Notes: generated by a model not told the origin, from the sequence alone. Counted from the stretch's first letter, positions 26,880 through 34,069 are shown. The stretch: 36,726 bases of DNA from a virus (IMGVR_UViG_3300025018_000306:1-36726), one strand, 5' to 3'. Numbers and translations are program-made.

Positions 26880-27582
26880 TGGATGCTCCTTCACTAAGCG
26901 CCGGGGTCGGAATTGAACCGCCTTCTTTCTCCTGGAGTGGAGAACGTGTTACCGTTTCACTTCCGGCGCAAGGTTTCTTTGGGTACGGTTTTCTTAATGG
27001 TTCTATCTGTTTTCTTATGGATTCATCAAGGGGCATGAGGTATTTGTACTTAGGCTTACCATCTGCCCATTCAACATCAAGGCCAGTTGCTTTAAGTCTT
27101 TCAATGCTATTATAGCCATACTGGGAATAAATTGTTTTTCTGTGTGTCTTTTTGCCGTTTACAATAAGTGCATCCATCTTTGATTCACCAGTATACACCC
27201 AGCTTCCTGCTTGGTAAATACTACCTATATGGCCTTGGTCATTATCTGCATAGCTTACAACTAACTTTATTCCAGCTGATTGTTTTTTTAGCATTTTTAA
27301 AGATATGGCAATTATCCTTGAAACACTTGATTTATGTTTATTAAGTGCAACCCTAACAAGCTCTATGCACTCATATTGAGTTAGTTTATATGGCTTACCT
27401 ATGTTGTTATTTGCGCCATGTGAAAATAACACAGCGCCTATGTATTGATTATCCTCCCATACCCCAATTTTGACAATCTTTCCGACAGGCATACACCTTG
27501 AATAATGCCAATGCTCACAAGCGAACTTTGCCGCTTCGTGTGAACACCAGTCAAGTTTAAGGTCTACTTTGTCAGAACTCAC
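26860..27582 (-). CDS. mom: Mom-like adenine modification enzyme (GNAT fold)
   Basis: HWHYS, ELVRVAL, VVSYADNDQGHIGSIYQAGSWVYTG, KYKYL...PYPK; probable GTG start at 27582 after GGAG (the ORF track starts at 27621). Confidence 0.85.
   Translation of the reverse strand: MSSDKVDLKLDWCSHEAAKFACEHWHYSRCMPVGKIVKIGVWEDNQYIGAVLFSHGANNNIGKPYKLTQYECIELVRVALNKHKSSVSRIIAISLKMLKKQSAGIKLVVSYADNDQGHIGSIYQAGSWVYTGESKMDALIVNGKKTHRKTIYSQYGYNSIERLKATGLDVEWADGKPKYKYLMPLDESIRKQIEPLRKPYPKKPCAGSETVTRSPLQEKEGGSIPTPALSEGASNAIQER
26897..26969 (-). tRNA. Non-canonical tRNA-Gly-like element within the 3' end of mom
   Basis: Acceptor GCGCCGG/CCGGCGC+U73, D arm GTG/CAC, anticodon stem TTCTC/GAGAA with loop CACTCCAG, T loop TTCAATT; CCA not encoded. 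Confidence 0.8.
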
Positions 27583-28096
27583 AGCCACACTCCGGACATA
27601 CGTGTTTCTGCTTTTCGTCAAGTCTGCCCTGTTCTTCTATCCCCACAGGCTTGAAGTCTGGCCCGACTATGGCAAGATTGTACCCTGCAGGAAGCGCTAA
27701 CTCATCCCACTGAACATCAATCCCATCGGTAAACTCCAGCACACTGTCAATGGTCATCTGTCCATACTGGCTATTGAGGCGCAATAGCTTCTGTTTTGCA
27801 TCGGCTTCATCCTTGGCGTTTATATATGCCACAGGGAATAATGGCAAGCTATAGCCCGCTTTCCGCATTTCACAAAGGGCCTGGATGCGGCCATGCCCAT
27901 CAAGGCAGCGGTTATGCCCGTCGCTGTTCCATACGAAAAATGGGAAGGAAAAACCATACTTCTCTATGCTCGTTATAATTGAATCGATCTCTTTTTTCCC
28001 ACGCTTTTTTAGATTGCCCTGAAAATCCTCGATTGCATCGAGTGGCAAGAGGTCGGCTCCTTGGCATTGTATTTGTATAGTTTTACTATCTTGCAA
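27572..28096 (-). CDS. ParB N-terminal (ParB/Srx-like) domain protein with C-terminal CPECG zinc ribbon
   Basis: SIEKYGFSFP...LDGHGR...LRLNSQYG...VCPECGCEF; TTG start. Confidence 0.82.
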   Translation of the reverse strand: MQDSKTIQIQCQGADLLPLDAIEDFQGNLKKRGKKEIDSIITSIEKYGFSFPFFVWNSDGHNRCLDGHGRIQALCEMRKAGYSLPLFPVAYINAKDEADAKQKLLRLNSQYGQMTIDSVLEFTDGIDVQWDELALPAGYNLAIVGPDFKPVGIEEQGRLDEKQKHVCPECGCEF

Positions 28097-28139
28097 CTTT
28101 ACAACCTCTCTTATACTTTGACGGTCTGCCTGCTGGCAT
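28086..28139 (-). pseudogene. 17-aa ORF MPAGRPSKYKRGCKVAR, possible truncated terS remnant or leader peptide
   Basis: AGGAG RBS; MPAGRPSKY is a typical TerS N-terminus; overlaps the start of the ParB-N gene. Confidence 0.5.
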
Positions 28140-28150
28140 AATCTCTCCTA

Positions 28151-28223
28151 AGCCCCCGGAAGGAATCGAACCCTCGACATACTGATTACAGGTCAGTAGC
28201 TCTGCCTTCTGAGCTACAGGGGC
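28151..28223 (-). tRNA. tRNA-Thr(TGT) with C at position 33
   Basis: GCCCCTGTAGCTCAGAAGGCAGAGCTACTGACCTGTAATCAGTATGTCGAGGGTTCGATTCCTTCCGGGGGCT folds as a cloverleaf; CCA not encoded. Confidence 0.9.
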
Positions 28224-28228
28224 AAGAT

Positions 28229-28312
28229 TGAAAGCGGCGGGAGTCGAACCCGGCGAACAGGGGGTTCAAATACCTATCATTCCAGCCGCCTTACCCTTAC
28301 GGCCTCGCTTCC
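28229..28312 (-). ncRNA. tRNA-like RNA / pseudo-tRNA with degenerate anticodon arm
   Basis: Acceptor GGAAGCG/CGCTTTC+A, D stem GCC/GGC, T arm CGGG-TTCGACT-CCCG; lies 5 nt upstream of tRNA-Thr. Confidence 0.6.
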
Positions 28313-28359
28313 ACCGACTCTTTTTAACGTGTCCAAGCCGTCACGCTCGATCAAACTTA

Positions 28360-28388
28360 ACTCTACCGCACGCGCGGCCTGTTGTCAA
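28360..28388 (-). promoter_or_regulatory. Promoter for the tRNA-mom-terminase operon
   Basis: TTGACA-17bp-TAGAGT. Confidence 0.7.
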
Positions 28389-28400
28389 GGTTGGGCCTTT

Positions 28401-28670
28401 CTATGGTCTTGATTGCCTGCCATGCGGTTTTACAAACAGAATCTGCTCATACCTGCGCTTGTACAGCTCATTCATGTCTATGCCAAGTTCTTTAGCCTCA
28501 AGATAGCCTGGCCAGAATCCGGTCCACCGAGCAAAGGCTTTGTCGTGGCCACGGCAAGCACAGATAAACCACTGGTCTCCGCAGACTGAGCATCTTTCAA
28601 CGTCGCACCCTTCACGGTGGGGTTGGCCTGGTATTGCTCCGCAATCTGGGCATGTTTCAAGGTTTTTCAT
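28401..28670 (-). CDS. Cys-rich zinc-binding hypothetical protein
   Basis: CPDCG...H..GCDVERCSVCG...C.C..HD...WTGFWPG. Confidence 0.75.
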   Translation of the reverse strand: MKNLETCPDCGAIPGQPHREGCDVERCSVCGDQWFICACRGHDKAFARWTGFWPGYLEAKELGIDMNELYKRRYEQILFVKPHGRQSRP

Positions 28671-29452
28671 TTTATCGCTCCTATGGTTTGGTTTAGCCTG
28701 ATTGAAATATCGCGGAAGTATTTCAACAACTCATTGGCTGCCTGGTGCTGAACAGTTACCGATTCACCTTGTATGAATACTTCCCAGTTTTCAACCATCA
28801 TCTTGACAATCGCGCTTGCATCATTAAGGGTGGTGTATTCTTCATGCACCTCCGGCTTTTCAACTCGCGGCGGTGTCTCTATTGGCTTTCTCGGTGGCGC
28901 TTGGTTGGCTGTCCCTGGCTTTGGTGGCTCCGGGTTCGTCCAGGCTGTCCGTCCGATATTCTCGGTGTTCATCGTCGACGTGGTGCCGTGCTTTGTGGTG
29001 TAGGTTTTCTCACTGGAAGTTCTTCCAGTGACATCTGGCCGAAGTGATGCCACAAGGGGATGACCGACATTGCACTTTCGCGCTATCTCCCGATCACTCC
29101 ACTTTCCCCACTCAGGATCTTCCAGCAACCGCAGGACAGCCCTGCGCTTGTCCTCGTTCGTCCTACGTAGCCCATGGGCAGAATTGACGCCGACACTGAA
29201 CAGGACCGCTTCCCGTTGCGTGCCCTGCTTTATATCCGCGTCAATCTCAATGATATTGGCCATCCTGGCAGCGCCGACACGATGGAAGCCATCAGCAAGC
29301 CAGTATTCCTTCCCGTCATTGAATACGGTAATGGGTGGAAATACTGTACCTTCCTCCATGGCGTGCATGTACTCGGCTATGGTTTCGGCGCTTAGCTGCG
29401 CCCTAGGTTGCGTCCCGCCATCAAGGCGGATTTTGTCGGTACGGATTTTCAT
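28667..29452 (-). CDS. ParB/Srx N-terminal domain + HTH protein
   Basis: TQPR...FPPITVF...LADGFHR...NSAHG...WSDREIARKCNV. Confidence 0.85.
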   Translation of the reverse strand: MKIRTDKIRLDGGTQPRAQLSAETIAEYMHAMEEGTVFPPITVFNDGKEYWLADGFHRVGAARMANIIEIDADIKQGTQREAVLFSVGVNSAHGLRRTNEDKRRAVLRLLEDPEWGKWSDREIARKCNVGHPLVASLRPDVTGRTSSEKTYTTKHGTTSTMNTENIGRTAWTNPEPPKPGTANQAPPRKPIETPPRVEKPEVHEEYTTLNDASAIVKMMVENWEVFIQGESVTVQHQAANELLKYFRDISIRLNQTIGAIK

Positions 29453-30120
29453 AACCCGGCTAACCTGTTTTGCCCTTTCAGGCTATCTTCGATAATGCCA
29501 AGGTATACGTCGATCTTGTTTTGCAAGTCGGCATAAAAGCCATTATCCCTGGCCCAGTCTGGCAGGCTTTGCTTGTTTGCAAGGTTTATTTTCCCTCCCA
29601 AGTCTGACCCAAAAAGATCCCTAACCATATTCCACACAGTTCTTACGTCTACTGGATTATTAAATACAAAGTGGTTGATTTTTTTATGCAAGGAATCACT
29701 TTCAATCTGAAGGACTGTTTTTTGTTTTTGTGGCTCATTGCCTGATTCAATCACGCGCTCCAGTTTTTCCAGTCGCTTTTGAAATGATGCCATTATAGCG
29801 GGCGAGGCCTGGTTTGCCCTGGCTATTGCCTTGGCTTTTACTATTACGGGTAATGTTTCCTGATATGGCTTCGGGGCTTTTTCGCCTCGCCTGTCTAGCC
29901 ATTCTAGAATAGATGGGCGGTCTTTTCTGCCATACCAATCGGCAAGATAGGCAAGCAATACTCTTGATTGTTCGGGACTGACTTTTTTAGTTGATCCATA
30001 ATGCCCTTGGTTTTGCTCCATCTCGTGCAGCACGCCATAGACATAATCAGACTGGATTGTGCGCCCTAGCAATGCGCTTGCGTTGGCAGCTAAGGCAATT
30101 ACAGTAATTCCCTTGTTCAT
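29449..30120 (-). CDS. Hypothetical protein
   Basis: AGGAG RBS; 223-aa ORF coupled to the ParB-like gene. Confidence 0.75.
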   Translation of the reverse strand: MNKGITVIALAANASALLGRTIQSDYVYGVLHEMEQNQGHYGSTKKVSPEQSRVLLAYLADWYGRKDRPSILEWLDRRGEKAPKPYQETLPVIVKAKAIARANQASPAIMASFQKRLEKLERVIESGNEPQKQKTVLQIESDSLHKKINHFVFNNPVDVRTVWNMVRDLFGSDLGGKINLANKQSLPDWARDNGFYADLQNKIDVYLGIIEDSLKGQNRLAGL

Positions 30121-30133
30121 AAATTGCTCCTAC

Positions 30134-30264
30134 AAAAAAAGCGCATTATGAATCCGCCTGGCATGGCTTCGGGCTGGTAAGGGCAGCCCTGGATTCATAA
30201 CGCGCTCTTGCAAGATTACGCCCCTTACAGGCCGCTGTCAAGCCAAGATGCCGCCCGCCTGACA
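30134..30264 (-). ncRNA. C4/CI-like antisense-attenuator leader RNA, copy B
   Basis: Long stem AGCGCGTTATGAATCC/GGATTCATAATGCGCT+T run enclosing loops CCCTTAC and ATGCCA; upstream GTAAGGG and GGCAT are complementary to them. Confidence 0.75.
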
Positions 30265-30270
30265 AAATCT

Positions 30271-30299
30271 ATATTATCACGGCTTTGATCGGCTGTCAA
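30271..30299 (-). promoter_or_regulatory. Sigma70-type promoter
   Basis: TTGACA-17bp-TAATAT with TG extended -10. Confidence 0.65.
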
Positions 30300-31561
30300 T
30301 CATAACCCTTTGTGACCTCATAAAACTTGATATATTCCCGGTGGAATACGACCGGTACAGCACCTTTCGCACCGTCCCTGTTTTTTTTGACAAGCAACAG
30401 GCTCGACCGGCTTTCGTCCTCATCCTCGTCTTTCTTCGGCCTCGGGTGGTAGATAAATATGATCTCGTCCGCGTCCTGTTCGATCTGCTTTGAATAGTCT
30501 AAGTCGGCCATTTCAGGCTCCCTGCCTTCTGCATCGCGCTTAAGCTGGCTTAGTCCGACTATCGGTATCTTGAGCTCACGCGCAAGCTGTTTTAGGCTTC
30601 TTGAGACAGCGGCCACCTGTTCATGGATCGCAAGCCGCGAATCCTCCCAGCGGATGATCTGGATATAGTCCACGAATATCACCTTGACTTTGTGAACAAT
30701 CACCATCTGGCGGGCTACGCTTTTCATCTCGCTGAACCGGATATTTGGCGCGTCGTACAGGTAGAGCGGCGCGTGGACGGTCCTGGCTCCGACATCTCCC
30801 AGGCTAGTAAAGTCGGCCTTTGTCAGTAGCCCGGTCATCATAGCATTACCTGAAATATGGCCCTCACTGGCTATTACCCTGGTTACTATCTCCGTATTCG
30901 ATGATTCGGCGCTGATTATGCCGGTCGGGGTATTTTGCGTGATTGCGATATTGCAGGCCATATTCAGGGCCAGGGCGCTCTTGCCGTCGCTCGGGCGGGC
31001 TCCGATCACGATATACCGATCATCCTGGAAGCCGCCGGTTATATGGTCCAGGCCTGGTATTCCGGTTGCCAGCCCAGGCAGCTTGCCTTTCAGGTAGTAC
31101 CGCTGTTCAATAACCTTCCCGACTCCCGGCAGCACTTCCCCGATGCTCTGGATCTTCCGGGTCTGCCCGTTGGTGCCAAGCTCTAAAAGCTCATTCTCTG
31201 CCATCTCGATTACGGCAGTTGAATCATCCGTGACAGCCAACTCTGCCAGCTTGCGCCCAAGGGCTTGCAGCCTGTTCTTGCGGTATGTCTCGATCAGCTT
31301 TGATTCATAGTACTGCCAGTTGGCCGCGCTCGGCACTTTGTCCGATATCGTGACCATGTACAGCTTGTCAATCTCAGGGTCAACATCCGACACGGATATG
31401 TAGTCAATCTTAATACCCTGATCAGCGCACCGCTGCATTGCCCGAAATATGCGGCGATTCTTGCCGGTTATGAAGTGCTGCTCAGATATTGACGATTTGA
31501 AAACAAGATCCGGTGAAAGAAAAATGCAAGCTAAGAAAATGGCTTCATCGTCGTTCATCAT
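30296..31561 (-). CDS. dnaB: Replicative DNA helicase
   Basis: GARPSDGKS, FVDYIQI, LKQLARELKIPIVGLSQL, IEQDAD, KNRDG. Confidence 0.95.
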   Translation of the reverse strand: MMNDDEAIFLACIFLSPDLVFKSSISEQHFITGKNRRIFRAMQRCADQGIKIDYISVSDVDPEIDKLYMVTISDKVPSAANWQYYESKLIETYRKNRLQALGRKLAELAVTDDSTAVIEMAENELLELGTNGQTRKIQSIGEVLPGVGKVIEQRYYLKGKLPGLATGIPGLDHITGGFQDDRYIVIGARPSDGKSALALNMACNIAITQNTPTGIISAESSNTEIVTRVIASEGHISGNAMMTGLLTKADFTSLGDVGARTVHAPLYLYDAPNIRFSEMKSVARQMVIVHKVKVIFVDYIQIIRWEDSRLAIHEQVAAVSRSLKQLARELKIPIVGLSQLKRDAEGREPEMADLDYSKQIEQDADEIIFIYHPRPKKDEDEDESRSSLLLVKKNRDGAKGAVPVVFHREYIKFYEVTKGYD

Positions 31562-32334
31562 GATTGCTTCTCGTAGGATCGCATGATCATAGCCCGCTCC
31601 TCTGGTGTCATTTGCTTTGGCCCATACAACCTTAGAAACTCAGACTGTTCCGGCTCTCTCTTCGGGTCTGGAATGTCAACGTGCTCGTAATCGTCCAGGT
31701 TGTTCAAAAACGTGGCCGGGTGCCGTATGAATTGCTTATCAGTTTTCGCGGCTTGTAGTTGCGCAGTGTATACCTTGAGCCGATCCATGATCAACTCGTG
31801 GGTTGATCCTTTTTTTATCTGAGAGGCGTAGGCCTTCTTAGCCTGTCCCTTCCCTTCCTTGCGTGGGTATGCTGTCCAGAATGATTCAAATAACGGGTTG
31901 TCCACCTTGCCGCTAGGCATACTATCCTTATCTATACTTACCTTACCTAACCTAGGTGTACAACTTGTTTCCAGTCTGGATACATTATGTATACATTCTG
32001 TATACGCTCCATTCTCTTTTTTTATAAGTTTATTGTATTCCTCGACATATAGCGTCGGCTTATACCTGTCTTTTTGTATGTAATTATGTATCTTCCAATG
32101 TTTTATAACGATTATGCCGCTATCGAATCCAAGGATATACCGCTTGGCAAGTAGTATTTTTAAGTCATCGTCTCCAGCACCTATAACCCTCATTATCTTT
32201 TTTGGGCTGTTTATAAATCCGTCATCATCGGCACGCATGGCTAGATGAAAATACAGATTCTGTGTTGACTGCGGCATGTCTAAAAATATGTCACTGTCAA
32301 CTATGCTTTTTGCAAACATTCTGCGTTCAGCCAT
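31558..32334 (-). CDS. Replication initiator / replisome organizer
   Basis: MAERRMFAKSIVDSDIFLDMP...LYFHL...ADDDGF N-terminus; FESFWTAYPRKEGK...HPATFLN C-terminal domain. Confidence 0.9.
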   Translation of the reverse strand: MAERRMFAKSIVDSDIFLDMPQSTQNLYFHLAMRADDDGFINSPKKIMRVIGAGDDDLKILLAKRYILGFDSGIIVIKHWKIHNYIQKDRYKPTLYVEEYNKLIKKENGAYTECIHNVSRLETSCTPRLGKVSIDKDSMPSGKVDNPLFESFWTAYPRKEGKGQAKKAYASQIKKGSTHELIMDRLKVYTAQLQAAKTDKQFIRHPATFLNNLDDYEHVDIPDPKREPEQSEFLRLYGPKQMTPEERAMIMRSYEKQS

Positions 32335-32346
32335 AATTACTCCAAT

Positions 32347-32477
32347 AAAAAAGGCCTTGATGAATCCCCGCTGGCAACGGTTCGGGATGTTATGGCACCC
32401 CTGGATTCATCAAAGCCTCTCTGATTATCGGCTCCATAAAGCCGCCTATCAACACGCCGCCAGTTGCGTTGACAGGC
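32347..32477 (-). ncRNA. C4/CI-like antisense-attenuator leader RNA, copy A
   Basis: Long stem AGGCTTTGATGAATCC/GGATTCATCAAGGCCT+T run enclosing loops CCATAA and TTGCCAG; upstream hairpin loops TTATGG and CTGGCGG are complementary to them. Confidence 0.78.
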
Positions 32478-32479
32478 TT

Positions 32480-32508
32480 ATTCTACACCTATCTCCGGGT
32501 TGCGTCAA
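32480..32508 (-). promoter_or_regulatory. Promoter for the replication genes
   Basis: TTGACG-17bp-TAGAAT. Confidence 0.72.
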
Positions 32509-32510
32509 GA

Positions 32511-32951
32511 TTAAAAAGGCACTTCGTCTGCAAAGTGATCGTCAAGCGGTGGCTGTGCTGGTTTTGCTTGCTGGCTTGCAGGGGTAGTGCCATAGCCGAT
32601 ATCACCTTTGGCCGGGGCCTGGCTTGACTGCTGGGACTTGCCGCCTAAAAGCATGACTTCCTGGGCGTTGACCTTGACGCGGGTATGCTTAACATTGTCC
32701 TTCTCCCATGTGTCCTCGTAGGCTTCCCCTGTTACGGCTACTTGGGTTCCTTTGCTCATGAACTGCGCCAGGCTCTCGCCACGCTTGCCCCATAGGGTGC
32801 AGGTCCAGTAGGAAGGCTCCTTGACCCACTCATTGCCCTTTTTGGCACGGCGGTCTGTGGCGACTGTAAAGCTTAAGATAGGGTCGCCGGAATTTGTGTA
32901 TTTTAGCTCTGAGTCTCGGATCAGTCTGCCTACGATTGTTATTGATACCAT
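32511..32951 (-). CDS. ssb: Single-stranded DNA-binding protein
   Basis: IVGRLIRDSELKYT...WGKRGE...KGTQVAVTG; acidic tail DEVPF. Confidence 0.96.
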   Translation of the reverse strand: MVSITIVGRLIRDSELKYTNSGDPILSFTVATDRRAKKGNEWVKEPSYWTCTLWGKRGESLAQFMSKGTQVAVTGEAYEDTWEKDNVKHTRVKVNAQEVMLLGGKSQQSSQAPAKGDIGYGTTPASQQAKPAQPPLDDHFADEVPF

Positions 32952-32952
32952 G

Positions 32953-33120
32953 TTACGTCCTTTCGTTGTTTTGTAGACGATTGTTTATTGCATGATCCGG
33001 GTCGCTTGGCACGGTCCATCCTAAGCTGATCTTCCCGCATTTGGTACAAGTCAGCTCTTGCCATAGTTTCTGGTCGGACCAATACCAGCGGGTTTCCGTC
33101 CATTCGTGGTCGCACGGCAT
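32953..33120 (-). CDS. Small zinc-ribbon-like protein (55 aa, MPCDHEW...CTKCG), not in the ORF track
   Basis: Translated by hand; CxH...CxxC; stop lies just before the ssb start. Confidence 0.6.
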   Translation of the reverse strand: MPCDHEWTETRWYWSDQKLWQELTCTKCGKISLGWTVPSDPDHAINNRLQNNERT

Positions 33121-33136
33121 CAGTCTTGCTCTCCGA

Positions 33137-33460
33137 TCATGGTACCGATAATGCCGATGAGGATAAGCAGGAAAAGCATTGCTCCGGTCGTTCCTTCACC
33201 TCCCCGGTCAAAGTATCATCCTTGAGTTGCTCGGCCTTGAACTCGGCAACATCGTCCGGTCCAGGCTGATCATAGTCTGCCTTGCAGGTCGGACACATGC
33301 TGTCGCTGTCTCCAAAGCACTGAACACAAAAGTATTCACCGCAAATAGTGCAACAGGCAGCATCGCAATCATCTATGACTTCACCGCAGTCTGAACAGGT
33401 GCGCTTGGATATTTCTTGCCTGGCCTCGGCTTCTAAACGGCGCCAGGTGTCAACGTTCAT
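33137..33460 (-). CDS. Cys-rich zinc-finger hypothetical protein
   Basis: Four CxxC motifs plus one near the C-terminus. Confidence 0.7.
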   Translation of the reverse strand: MNVDTWRRLEAEARQEISKRTCSDCGEVIDDCDAACCTICGEYFCVQCFGDSDSMCPTCKADYDQPGPDDVAEFKAEQLKDDTLTGEVKERPEQCFSCLSSSALSVP

Positions 33461-33608
33461 CTTTGGCCTGCCCTTCCTCGCTTTTCCGGACGGCCTTCAT
33501 AAGGGTCATCTTCACCCATGCAGGCCTTGAGATTCCCTCTGCATCGCGCTTGCGGGTGGCGTCCATGCGCTCACCCTCTTCATCGGTCAAGTTTACCTGG
33601 ATCAACAT
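33450..33608 (-). CDS. Ribbon-helix-helix-like protein (52 aa, MLIQVNLTDEEGERMD...GISRPAWVK), not in the ORF track
   Basis: Translated by hand; CopG/Arc-like pattern; overlaps both neighbours. Confidence 0.7.
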   Translation of the reverse strand: MLIQVNLTDEEGERMDATRKRDAEGISRPAWVKMTLMKAVRKSEEGQAKDER

Positions 33609-33805
33609 CCTTTCACTTCCTTTCCAATCAGCCTGTTTTCGGCGTAAATGTCGCCTTGCCTTGTAATCTCACAGGGTATCCCTAGCTGGTCTACCCGGCG
33701 CAGGATATCGCGCTCTGTCCATTCCGGTTCTGATTCGGGGTTCCAGACTGGATCGGTGAGGGTGTAAAAACGGGTGCGCTTAAAGTTTTGCATGTTAAAT
33801 CTCAC
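33602..33805 (-). CDS. Hypothetical protein
   Basis: Tightly packed ORF; the true start may be the ATG at 33793. Confidence 0.6.
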   Translation of the reverse strand: MRFNMQNFKRTRFYTLTDPVWNPESEPEWTERDILRRVDQLGIPCEITRQGDIYAENRLIGKEVKGC

Positions 33806-34013
33806 ACGTCACACAAGCAAACTCTGCAATGTGCAGCAGCTTGGCAAGCTGTCCGTACCGAACTCCGTAGCCGGGTCGGCTCCACTTAACTACCAGAGCA
33901 TCAAAGGCTTCCCGGCTCTCACCTATCCATGACCTTGATTGCGGGTTGTAAGTGTAGCCGATCTTTTTCAGGTCATCTTTGGCTTCATAGGTCTTTCCGG
34001 TTATTTCGTACAT
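33795..34013 (-). CDS. Hypothetical protein (ITGKTYEAKDDLKKIG...W motif)
   Basis: AGGAGG RBS downstream of a promoter. Confidence 0.75.
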   Translation of the reverse strand: MYEITGKTYEAKDDLKKIGYTYNPQSRSWIGESREAFDALVVKWSRPGYGVRYGQLAKLLHIAEFACVTCEI

Positions 34014-34041
34014 ATCGTCCTCCTGTATCTAATCTAATACC

Positions 34042-34069
34042 AGTATACACTATTTATAGAATCTTGCAA
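34042..34069 (-). promoter_or_regulatory. Sigma70-type promoter in an AT-rich gap
   Basis: TTGCAA-16bp-TATACT. Confidence 0.6.

Noticed and set aside
28151-28223. tRNA-Thr as an attP core
   Set aside because: No integrase is recognisable and the tRNA sits in an expressed operon.
28229-28312. Selenocysteine tRNA (5' part recalls selC: GGAAG...GGTAAGGCGGCTGGA)
   Set aside because: No UCA anticodon in a paired arm and no 8-bp acceptor stem.
33120-33179. 19-aa hydrophobic ORF MLFLLILIGIIGTMIGEQD overlapping the end of the zinc-finger gene
   Set aside because: Its stop couples to the next ATG, but it is very short and the RBS spacing is poor, so it cannot be supported.
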